A stretch of DNA of 64,000 nucleotides from positions 13,019 to 77,018 of the forward strand of contig DATJPT010000006.1 in the NCBI GenBank assembly GCA_035506275.1, written 5' to 3'. This DNA comes from Bacteroidota bacterium. Its GTDB lineage: Bacteria; Bacteroidota; Ignavibacteria; UBA10030; UBA8401. Shown here in pieces: positions 54,206-62,566 of the stretch. Each line of letters starts with the position of its first letter. Position 1 is the first letter of the stretch. Below the pieces are notes generated by a model. That model did no database searches. It saw only the letters and a list, made by a program, of their open reading frames with translations, and was not told the DNA's origin. The position numbers and the translations under genes were made by a program.

Positions 54206-55939
54206 TTACCCCCCTTCAAGCTGTTTCAGCTCCTTATTCGCGGCCGCGTTCTTTGGGTCGATCTTCAACACAACCTTGTATTCCTCGATGGCTTTATCTT
54301 TGAGCGCCTGAGCAGCGTCGACGGTGATCGTTTTATCGCCGAGTGAAAGAGCGTACGACTGCGCGAGCCAAAGATGGGCCTCCGAGTCTTTCTTCTCTTT
54401 CGATTCGTACGTGATCGCCTTTTTCAGGTTTTCGATGGCAGACGGATAGTGTTTTGAAAGGAGCTCGATCAAGCCTATGAATTTGTTCGCCTCAAGCAAT
54501 TGCGGGCCGTATTTTTCATCCTTGGCTTTGGCATCGCTCCCTTCGACCTTAATGGTATCGATAATCGAAATGACAAGCTGATACTGTTTCTCGGCGAGTT
54601 CGTACGAGTCGAGGAGGTAGTAACATTTGGCGAGGTACAAATAGGCCTGGAAGAAGTCGGGGCGCAGTTCGATCACCTTCTGCATCATCGTCTTCGCCGT
54701 ATCGTATTTGCCGATGACCATGTAGCAGACGCCGCCGTTCACGAGCGCGCCGACGTTCTTCGGGTCCGACTTCAGTTTCCGGTCGTATTGGTCCGCCGCC
54801 TTATCATACATCTTCTTTCCCATATAGAGCGGAGCGAGGTCGGCGGCAAATTCCGTGGACGCCGTGTCCAGCATACCCGCTTTCTCAAAATTCGCGATCG
54901 CGCTGTCCGGCATTTTCAACCTCGCATATGAACGGCCGATGCGGACAAAATCCTCGGCGCCGAGAGAATCTCTCGGGATAACTTTATAGTTGTCAACTGC
55001 CTTCTGATAGTCTCCCGTTTCGTACTCGGACCGCGCGAGCATTGGTTTCAAATCGAACGCCTTGGGGTTAAGAGTGATCGCCTGTTCGAGCACCGGAAGG
55101 GCATCTTTATAGTATTTTCCCGAGAAAAGTGCTTTGCCATATTCGTCGTAGGCGACGGGATTGTCCTTTTTCAACGCAACATACTTGGCGAAGAACAACG
55201 CCGATTCCCGCCAGAGCTTTGCGCGATAAAAGATGTCTGCAACATCGAACACATAAACGTCGTTCTTCGGGTCGAGATTGATCGCCGCCTCGAATTCTTT
55301 GACGCAATCGTTGTACTGACGATTCTTGTAGTATGCTTTCCCCAGCTTATAGCGAATCACCGCGGACGTCGAATCGAGTTCAGCCGCTTTTTGAAAATTC
55401 GAGATCGCGAGAACGGCGATGTTTTGCCTGCCGTACGATTCTGCGAGGCCGACGTACACTTCGGGGAGATTTTCATCAAGTTCTTTGGCTTTCGAGAAGT
55501 AAACGATGGCCTTATCGAGCGAATCGATGTCGAGGTAGGCATTGGCGTATGCCAAAGAAACGGCGGGGCTTTTCTTATCCGCCTTCGTCGCGGCCGCGAA
55601 AACCTTCGCCGCCTTGTCCCACTGCCCCGTCTTGATCATCAATGTACCGAGTGACGACCATGCCGGAAGATACGTTTCGTTGATATCGACGGCCCGCTGC
55701 AAAAAATACTCGGCTGAATCCTTCACTCCCTTCAATCGAAACGCTTCGCCAAGATAGAAATTGGTCTCCAGCACACGCGGAGCGGCCTTCTGAGCCCTCG
55801 ACAGCACCACGATCGCCGTGTCGTACGACTTTCGCTGCAGTGCATCTCTCCCGAGCGAAAGGTCGTCCTGACCGTACGCGCATTCAGACAGGGCGACAAG
55901 AAATAAGAAGGCTGCGGTGTGCTTACATAGATAGTACAT
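54206..55939 (-). CDS. TPR-repeat protein (secreted)
   Basis: 577 aa with a signal peptide and at least 10 TPR-like units (for example AIVYFSKAKELDENLPEVYVGLAESY). Confidence 0.75.
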   Translation of the reverse strand: MYYLCKHTAAFLFLVALSECAYGQDDLSLGRDALQRKSYDTAIVVLSRAQKAAPRVLETNFYLGEAFRLKGVKDSAEYFLQRAVDINETYLPAWSSLGTLMIKTGQWDKAAKVFAAATKADKKSPAVSLAYANAYLDIDSLDKAIVYFSKAKELDENLPEVYVGLAESYGRQNIAVLAISNFQKAAELDSTSAVIRYKLGKAYYKNRQYNDCVKEFEAAINLDPKNDVYVFDVADIFYRAKLWRESALFFAKYVALKKDNPVAYDEYGKALFSGKYYKDALPVLEQAITLNPKAFDLKPMLARSEYETGDYQKAVDNYKVIPRDSLGAEDFVRIGRSYARLKMPDSAIANFEKAGMLDTASTEFAADLAPLYMGKKMYDKAADQYDRKLKSDPKNVGALVNGGVCYMVIGKYDTAKTMMQKVIELRPDFFQAYLYLAKCYYLLDSYELAEKQYQLVISIIDTIKVEGSDAKAKDEKYGPQLLEANKFIGLIELLSKHYPSAIENLKKAITYESKEKKDSEAHLWLAQSYALSLGDKTITVDAAQALKDKAIEEYKVVLKIDPKNAAANKELKQLEGG

Positions 55940-55953
55940 TGATGCTTCCTCGG

Positions 55954-56883
55954 TTACTGGGATTGAAGTTGGATAAGACGGACCGGCATCGTCGCTGGCA
56001 CGAGTCCTTTATTAAGAAAAAGCTTTTGCCCCTCGGCCCCCGTCACGAAGGCCGTGAACCCGACGCCGACGCCGGTCCCCGCGTTCCGGGAAAAAATATA
56101 GAGCGTCCGCGACAGGGGATAATATCCGCGGTAGACATGGGCCTGCAGCGGCGGAAAATACTCCAGCGTTTTCGACGTCGAATCTCTTGAGAAATTCGGG
56201 TCGCCGATGTCCAGAATTCTTGTTTTGGCAGGAGTTTCGGAAACCCAGCTCTGACTGACAAAGCCGATGGCATTGGCATGAGCGGCGACATACTCGATCA
56301 CCTGGGTCGTTGTCGAACACGGAACGACAACGCCAGCGAGCGGCTGGGAATTCGTAATGCGGCCTTTCACGTATTCGTACATCCCGCTGTTCGGTCCGCC
56401 GAGAGCGACCACGATCTCTCCTCCAGCCTTTTTCTCGCCGAGGTCTCGCCACATTTTCGCTTTCCCCAACAAAATGTCTTTCAATTGCTCAACCGTGATG
56501 CGGGTGAGAGCATTGCGTTCGTTGACGATCACCAGGGCGGCGTCGTACGCGATCTTAAAGGTATCGACGTCGAGCTTGTATTTCCTGATGACCGCTCTTT
56601 CTTCATCGTTGAACTGGCGGGGGCTGGTGATCAGCTTCACGCTGTCGTTGAGCAGCTGCACCACCGCATCGCGGGTCGTCGATTGGAGGTGCGTGATATG
56701 CGCCTGCTCGTACAGAGACTCAAACTCTTTCACCTCCGCATCGATCGCGGGGAAAATATCCTCCGAGGAAATAACAACAAGCTTTCCCCGCGTCGGCAGG
56801 TCTTGGGTATCTTTTTGACAGCCCGTCCAAGTGAGAACAAGCGAAAGGAATACAACTAACCTATGGAAGGAAGCGGTCTTCAT
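55954..56883 (-). CDS. PstS-like periplasmic substrate-binding protein (PBP-like_2)
   Basis: 309 aa with the lipoprotein-like N-terminus LTWTGC and a type-2 periplasmic binding fold pattern. It sits after tonB, as in conserved FCB clusters. Confidence 0.65.
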   Translation of the reverse strand: MKTASFHRLVVFLSLVLTWTGCQKDTQDLPTRGKLVVISSEDIFPAIDAEVKEFESLYEQAHITHLQSTTRDAVVQLLNDSVKLITSPRQFNDEERAVIRKYKLDVDTFKIAYDAALVIVNERNALTRITVEQLKDILLGKAKMWRDLGEKKAGGEIVVALGGPNSGMYEYVKGRITNSQPLAGVVVPCSTTTQVIEYVAAHANAIGFVSQSWVSETPAKTRILDIGDPNFSRDSTSKTLEYFPPLQAHVYRGYYPLSRTLYIFSRNAGTGVGVGFTAFVTGAEGQKLFLNKGLVPATMPVRLIQLQSQ

Positions 56884-57079
56884 GTCTTTGGTGCTGTTGC
56901 ATCCGGATATTCACAAACCGGTAAATGCCGTATAACAGCATCACAACGCCGAACATGATCCGGAACTTCTCGGGCATTGTGGGGGGCATGAACAGCCCCG
57001 TCGCGATAACGATGCCGCAGAGAAATAGAAATCCCGACATCACATAGCCGACATACACCATCGGCTTGAATGAATCCAT
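56861..57079 (-). CDS. Small two-TM membrane protein
   Basis: 72 aa with two clear hydrophobic helices. It lies between tonB and the PstS-like gene. Confidence 0.45.
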   Translation of the reverse strand: MDSFKPMVYVGYVMSGFLFLCGIVIATGLFMPPTMPEKFRIMFGVVMLLYGIYRFVNIRMQQHQRHEDRFLP

Positions 57080-57086
57080 CGTCTTC

Positions 57087-57824
57087 TTAGTGTCCCTGGT
57101 TCAACTTAAATTTGAACGGAATGGAAACCCATACCGCGACCGGGCCGTTGTTCATCACCGCAGGGGTGAAGACCCACTGCATAGCGGCGTCGATGGCAGC
57201 CTGGTTGAACAGCTCGGCATCCGACTTCAGGATCTGGGCCTTCTTCGCTTTTCCTTCTTTGTCGACCCAAATCTTGACCCAAACGGTTCCTTCGACCCCC
57301 GCACGACGGGCGATCTCCGGGTAGATGGGAGATGGATTCTTGACGGGCGTGGGCTGCTTTTCCACCGGCACGAAATCGGGCGGAGGACCGTCGTCCTCAA
57401 TCTTGACGTCGTTCTGGATGGACACCGGGCCACCGCTCCCCGCTGCGTTGGGGTCGCCGACGGGGCCGATCTGCTGCAATTCGGTCTGGGAAGCGATCGT
57501 TGCTTCCGGACTGATTTCAGCGTCGGGAACCGGTACCGGCGTTCCGACCGTGGGCTTTGCGGCAGCGGCCGAAACCGAGACTGCGGGAGCCGCCTGAGAA
57601 TTTGTGATGGAGGGGGGCGGACCGAGGTCGCTGTATTTCATGATGCGGACGGTATACACCGGCTCGTCCTCGGTCGTCAGATAGACGACGCCATAGTATG
57701 CACCAATGCCGACCAGGTGGAAAACAGCGGCAAAGATCAACGCGCGAATTGCGTACTTCTGATACAATCCGCGCAACTCATACGCACCATATTTTGCACT
57801 AACGATTGGTGCTGTTGCTGACAT
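57087..57824 (-). CDS. tonB: TonB-family energy transducer
   Basis: 245 aa with an N-terminal anchor, a Pro-rich spacer, and the TonB_C domain PIYPEIARRAGVEGTVWVKIWVDKEGKAKKAQILKS... Confidence 0.9.
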   Translation of the reverse strand: MSATAPIVSAKYGAYELRGLYQKYAIRALIFAAVFHLVGIGAYYGVVYLTTEDEPVYTVRIMKYSDLGPPPSITNSQAAPAVSVSAAAAKPTVGTPVPVPDAEISPEATIASQTELQQIGPVGDPNAAGSGGPVSIQNDVKIEDDGPPPDFVPVEKQPTPVKNPSPIYPEIARRAGVEGTVWVKIWVDKEGKAKKAQILKSDAELFNQAAIDAAMQWVFTPAVMNNGPVAVWVSIPFKFKLNQGH

Positions 57825-57882
57825 ACGTTTTCAACTCCTTCCTAAAAACTTCTTCGTGCAAACAACGGCGCTTGACATGCCG

Positions 57883-58368
57883 TTAAATTTTCTCGATGAG
57901 CTGTTTGTCCTTGTCGTCAAACGGCGCCAGACTGAACCGCGTAATATCCGAGACGTTCAACTCATCCATGATGTTGACCATCATGATATATTTTCCCTTG
58001 CGGTCGACCTTGATCAGCGTGATCAGTTTCGGGTTCGCGCTGTTCTTTTCCTTCAGGACCTTCCGCAGTTCCGCCGGCGTGACCTTCTCCGGCTTTTCGG
58101 TGCCGAGGTTCCAATAGATGGTCCCGTTTTCGGACACGCGCAGCGTCAACAGATTCGACGCCGGCACATCGACTTTCGAATCGCCCGGGGGGAGATTGAT
58201 TTCCATCGCCTGCGGCTTGTTCATCGTCGTGGTCAACATGAAGAAGGTCAATAAGAGAAACGCAATATCGACCATCGGCGTCATGTCGATGCGAACGCCG
58301 ACACGCCGTCGTTTCTTCTTCGAGTGTTTCTGCTTGCCTCGAGACTCTTTGACATCTACTTCAGCCAT
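57883..58368 (-). CDS. exbD: ExbD/TolR-family biopolymer transport protein
   Basis: 161 aa with the DMTPMVDIAFLLLTFFMLT signature helix. Confidence 0.9.
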   Translation of the reverse strand: MAEVDVKESRGKQKHSKKKRRRVGVRIDMTPMVDIAFLLLTFFMLTTTMNKPQAMEINLPPGDSKVDVPASNLLTLRVSENGTIYWNLGTEKPEKVTPAELRKVLKEKNSANPKLITLIKVDRKGKYIMMVNIMDELNVSDITRFSLAPFDDKDKQLIEKI

Positions 58369-58385
58369 TGCAGTGTTCCTTCGTG

Positions 58386-58850
58386 TTAATTCTTGTCTAA
58401 TTCAGTAACGAGGTTAAAGCGCGTAATGTTCACTTTTTGAAGAATGTTCATTACGTCCTCAATCACCCCGTAATCGACGTCTTTGTCGGCTTTAATGACT
58501 GTCTTCAATCTTGGATTCCTCGTACGCGCCTGGATGAGCAGGTTCGCCAGTTCGCTTGTCTGCACCAAAACGCCTCCCTTGAGCTTGGCCGCCTGGCCGA
58601 AAAGCGCTTCCCGAAGGAGCTCGGAATCTACGCCGAGCATGATCTGCCCCTCTTTTCCTATCGACAGCGTAATGACATCGGCCCCGGGGATCTTGAAGAC
58701 CGAGTGGGACGAAGGGAGGGTGATCTGGAGGTCTTCGGACGGCTTGAACTGCGTCGTCAGCATGAAAAATGTCAGCAAGAGAAATCCAACATCAACCATC
58801 GGCGTCATATCCAGCTTAAAGCCAACGCGTTTTCTGTGAATTTTTGGCAT
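58386..58850 (-). CDS. exbD: ExbD/TolR-family biopolymer transport protein
   Basis: 154 aa with the DMTPMVDVGFLLLTFFMLT signature helix. Confidence 0.9.
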   Translation of the reverse strand: MPKIHRKRVGFKLDMTPMVDVGFLLLTFFMLTTQFKPSEDLQITLPSSHSVFKIPGADVITLSIGKEGQIMLGVDSELLREALFGQAAKLKGGVLVQTSELANLLIQARTRNPRLKTVIKADKDVDYGVIEDVMNILQKVNITRFNLVTELDKN

Positions 58851-58872
58851 AACGGGTTCTTTCTACTTGCTG

Positions 58873-59592
58873 TTAAAGTTTGGATTTCAGATTCTGAATG
58901 ACATCGTAGCTTGCTTCGTCGATCATGTACGTCATGCCGTCGATCTTCGTCGTGAAAAAATTGTAGCAGACAATCGACGTGATGGCGATCGAAATTCCGC
59001 CGGCGGTGTTGATCAACGCCTCGGAGATACCTTGCGAGAGCTGGACGGCGTCCGCGGAACCGGCATGTGCCAGAGCGGCGAACGAACGGATCATCCCGAT
59101 GACCGTTCCGAGCAGCCCCACCATCGTCGCGATGGAGGCGATCGTCGACAGAGCTATCAGGTTCTTCTCCAGAATCGGCATCTCGAGCATCGTGGCTTCT
59201 TCGATCACCCGCTGGACCTCGCCCATCTTATCTTTGGCTTCCATCGCCTTATCGCCGCGGATCTCGCTGAACCTCTCCAGACCCGATTTGATGATGTTTG
59301 CAAGCGAGCCTCGCTGGCCGTCGCAGGCAGAAATTGCGGCCTCAAGGTCGCCGGCCGAGACATGTTTGATCAGCGTCGACAGGAATTTTTCAAGAGCGGC
59401 CTTTCCCTGGGCTTTTCGAAGGGAGAGAATTCTTTCAATAACGTACGTCACGACCATGATCGAAAGAGCGAGCAGCGCAACCACCAGCGGACCGCCCTTC
59501 TGGATGAACTCGGGGAGCAAGAATTCAAAGATACAGAACCCGATCACAAACGCCGCTGTTATCAGGATTGTGTTGAACATTCCTTGTTTCAT
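58873..59592 (-). CDS. exbB: MotA/TolQ/ExbB proton channel
   Basis: 239 aa with three TM helices and the conserved C-terminal block GLLGTVIGMIRSF...ISEALINTAGG. Confidence 0.92.
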   Translation of the reverse strand: MKQGMFNTILITAAFVIGFCIFEFLLPEFIQKGGPLVVALLALSIMVVTYVIERILSLRKAQGKAALEKFLSTLIKHVSAGDLEAAISACDGQRGSLANIIKSGLERFSEIRGDKAMEAKDKMGEVQRVIEEATMLEMPILEKNLIALSTIASIATMVGLLGTVIGMIRSFAALAHAGSADAVQLSQGISEALINTAGGISIAITSIVCYNFFTTKIDGMTYMIDEASYDVIQNLKSKL

Positions 59593-59651
59593 AAAAAATA
59601 CTCCTTAAAAAAGTAGATGGTAGATGGTAAAATTTTACACTCGCAGAAACA

Positions 59652-59996
59652 TTATGTAAATGCCAGCACGGCATCGGGCCGGGTGTCAACAACCTGGAAA
59701 ATCATCGAAAGCTTTGTGACGATAAAAATGTTCTTGATGCTTTTATTCACATTGCAGAGAACGATCTTTCCTTTTCGGTTTGTGTAGGAGGTATGAGCCG
59801 ATACCAACGCGCCGATTGCCGTCGAATTCATGTACGTCACTTTTCCCAGATCGACGATAAGTTTTTTATTCCCTTTCTCGATGGATTCCGCGACAGCCTC
59901 ACGCAGCTCATCGGTCTCTTCTCCGCCGACAAGCGCCCCTTTGGGCTCAATTATAAGAACCTCACCATTGTGTTCCGTGGCGACTTTTAACTTCAT
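59652..59996 (-). CDS. STAS-domain protein (anti-sigma-factor antagonist-like)
   Basis: 114 aa with a SpoIIAA-like pattern: LIVDLGKVTYMNSTAIGALV...KIVLCNVNKSIKNIFIVTKL. Confidence 0.8.
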   Translation of the reverse strand: MKLKVATEHNGEVLIIEPKGALVGGEETDELREAVAESIEKGNKKLIVDLGKVTYMNSTAIGALVSAHTSYTNRKGKIVLCNVNKSIKNIFIVTKLSMIFQVVDTRPDAVLAFT

Positions 59997-60322
59997 TTAC
60001 TGGATCCTCCATTGAGATTGTGACAACAAGGATTATACAACTCTTAGCCTATTCCTGAGAACGAGGTTCGTCTGTTTCGACGAAATAACGAGGGCCAACG
60101 GACATGATAGGTCCGGCAGTCTCGCTGCCGGATCGATATTCACGCGTTAAATAAGATAAAAAGTTACAATTCAATTTGCAATAAGAAATTTGCAGTATTT
60201 TTTGGAGGCCAGCGGGGAAGATGCCCCGGAAGGGACGCCATCCAAACGGTAAAGATCATTTTTCAGGATCAAGGCTACTTCGGTGAACAAAAGAGGCGGC
60301 CGAGCCAGGTGAGCAATACCTG

Positions 60323-62314
60323 TCAGAACCGATAGGACAGAAGAACGGCCGGACCTTCCTGAGCGAACCCTAAGGAGACACGCAAAACACCCTTCCCCTG
60401 CTTTGATTCCTCTTCTTCCTTACGGATCAACTCTGCAGGGTCGTTATTCCAGACATTCAGGATGCTATAAAGATAAAAAGCTCCGGTAACACCGAAGGCT
60501 GCAAATCTATAATAATTCGCGTTATTCTTTTTCGTTCGGTTGCTTGTGACTTGCTCCAAAAGTTTCACAGAATCGGCCTGGTTCTGAGCTCCGCTGTAGT
60601 TGCGCACGCTTGTCATGTAATTGGAATTCGCTTTCGCATACGCGAGCTGCAGGTCAACTGAGGCGGCTGCGCAAAGAATAAAAATGCCGCTGTAGACGAT
60701 CCCGTGCCTGCCGCTGTACGATTGCCCCCATCCCGGAAACACTGCAGACCGCACCAACGCTCCCGCCAGCGTCGGACGGGACATCGGGTAATTGAGCACG
60801 ACCTTCTCCGTGTCGTGTACGATCACGGCATGCTCTTCCGAGCTGTACCCAATTCCGGAAAGCCCGATCGTGTAAGAACCCGGGAGGACTTCTTTCTTCA
60901 AAACGCTCTCCGTGCCGATTTCCGTACCGTTGAGAGTGATGACGACTTCTTTGCTTGCATGAACCGTAATGAATCCATTGCGCGGAATAAGTTTCAGAAA
61001 AACAACATACTGGACCGGCTTCTCGATGACGACGGAAGCTGAGTCGGAAAAGTATCCCTCGAGGTCGGCGCGGACGGTGTGCTTTCCATTTTCGATTTTG
61101 GCGAGAAACAGGCTCGCATCCGGCATGCCGACAAATTTCCCGTCTACCGAAATTTTAGCATCGGGAGCCGAAACCTTCACCAGCAACCCCGTCGGCGGGA
61201 TCTGCTCAAGGTCGATGTCCGCCCGGACTGACACTCTTCCATTGACAAAAAAATCGGCAACAAAGGGATTGTATCCTTCATGGGTGACCCGAAGCGTATG
61301 AACTCCTGTCGTCGGCGAGACAACAGGGATCCCCCCGTCCGCCTCTTTCACTTCCTTATTGTCGATGAAGAGCTGCGCACCGGACGGAGCGACCAAGACC
61401 GAGACATGCGACGTATCGGCAGCGTTTGGAAGAATGAAAGGAAAGTCCCCTTCGCTTGCGCCGATGAACCCGAACTGCGGGTGAAGTCTGCGCTGCGCCG
61501 CAGCCATAATATCGATGGATGTCCGCGCAGCCATCTCCGTGCCGGTGATGATCCCGTCGTCGTTGACATCGGCCGTCTCGGAAGAAAGCGTTTCGATCAA
61601 TTTCGAGGTGAAGTAGCTTAGTCCGGAAGACGGGTCCTCAAGCTGCGACTCCGTCGTCCCTCCCGCAGCAAATATTTCTTTCGACGGCAAGCTCAAAATA
61701 CGCTGGAAGCCGACGCGCGGCGGCGGCACGCCGGTGAATTTCCGGTCAACAGGAAGGCCTCCGACCGTAAAATCCATTAACGTGAGCACCGACTTCGCAG
61801 CGGTCGCTCTCATGAGATTTCCTATCGCGTCAAGAGGAATGCAGGTTGCGACGGCCCGTCCCGGCGATCGGACATCTCCGTCAACAGGTACAAAAAAGCC
61901 ATACTCTTTTTTCGTTTCATCAATCGCCGTATACCCTCTGCCGGAGAGAAAGATCAGCAGCCGATCGTCCGCATGCAAATGTCGAAATTTTTCGAGCGCT
62001 TCACTGATGTCGGTTTTTTTTGCCCCATCGTTGAGCAGAAAGGCGATGTTCTCCGCGCGGAACCCAAACCGCGACATCAGCAATTCCCTGAAGGCCGTCG
62101 CGGAAGAGACCGCTGACGTCCGGACATCGGCATGGGTGTATGCGTCAATCCCGACGACCAGCGCGTAGCTTTCATCATAAGCGTGATATTCTTTCCCGGA
62201 AGAAGGGTCGGTCATCAATGTGCTGATTGAGTTTTGCCGTTGGCAGAAGGTCAGCGATGATAAAAACAGCGCTGTCACAAGAAAGGCCGAAGGGCGAAAA
62301 GGCACATGAGTCAT
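60323..62314 (-). CDS. Secreted caspase-fold (C14-like, catalytic dyad substituted) protein with PEGA domains and C-terminal membrane-associated region
   Basis: 663 aa with a signal peptide. The caspase-like block is YALVVGIDAY...DRLLIFLSGRGY...VLTLMDFTVGG. Three PEGA-like units are present (HTLRVTHEGYNP, HTVRADLEGYFS, YTIGLSGIGYSS). The C-terminus carries a FPGWGQSY motif, hydrophobic helices, and a terminal Phe. Confidence 0.7.
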   Translation of the reverse strand: MTHVPFRPSAFLVTALFLSSLTFCQRQNSISTLMTDPSSGKEYHAYDESYALVVGIDAYTHADVRTSAVSSATAFRELLMSRFGFRAENIAFLLNDGAKKTDISEALEKFRHLHADDRLLIFLSGRGYTAIDETKKEYGFFVPVDGDVRSPGRAVATCIPLDAIGNLMRATAAKSVLTLMDFTVGGLPVDRKFTGVPPPRVGFQRILSLPSKEIFAAGGTTESQLEDPSSGLSYFTSKLIETLSSETADVNDDGIITGTEMAARTSIDIMAAAQRRLHPQFGFIGASEGDFPFILPNAADTSHVSVLVAPSGAQLFIDNKEVKEADGGIPVVSPTTGVHTLRVTHEGYNPFVADFFVNGRVSVRADIDLEQIPPTGLLVKVSAPDAKISVDGKFVGMPDASLFLAKIENGKHTVRADLEGYFSDSASVVIEKPVQYVVFLKLIPRNGFITVHASKEVVITLNGTEIGTESVLKKEVLPGSYTIGLSGIGYSSEEHAVIVHDTEKVVLNYPMSRPTLAGALVRSAVFPGWGQSYSGRHGIVYSGIFILCAAASVDLQLAYAKANSNYMTSVRNYSGAQNQADSVKLLEQVTSNRTKKNNANYYRFAAFGVTGAFYLYSILNVWNNDPAELIRKEEEESKQGKGVLRVSLGFAQEGPAVLLSYRF

Positions 62315-62566
62315 GATGAGTTTGGCGGTCGTGAGATTTCGGATGCTGAAACGATCCGCGCCGAGCGGGCCGACGAGAATTTTGCGAGAATATAGAGAAA
62401 TGAAGAGGCGGAGTCAAGTAACTCCGGCGACCGGTTGTTGGCAAATTTCGATCACGTCCACCCCGAACCTGCCCCCCCGGTGCACGATGCCGTTCAACGC
62501 CATTTTGGATTCTGAACTTCCGTTGCAACTCTGCGGACTGAGAAGAAACAGGGGGTAACGAAACGG

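Noticed and set aside
62175-62528. 117-aa minus-strand ORF spanning the pseudo-caspase start and the upstream gap
   Set aside because: It is out of frame with the signal-peptide-bearing start at 62314, is Arg/Pro-rich and has no motifs. It is likely spurious.
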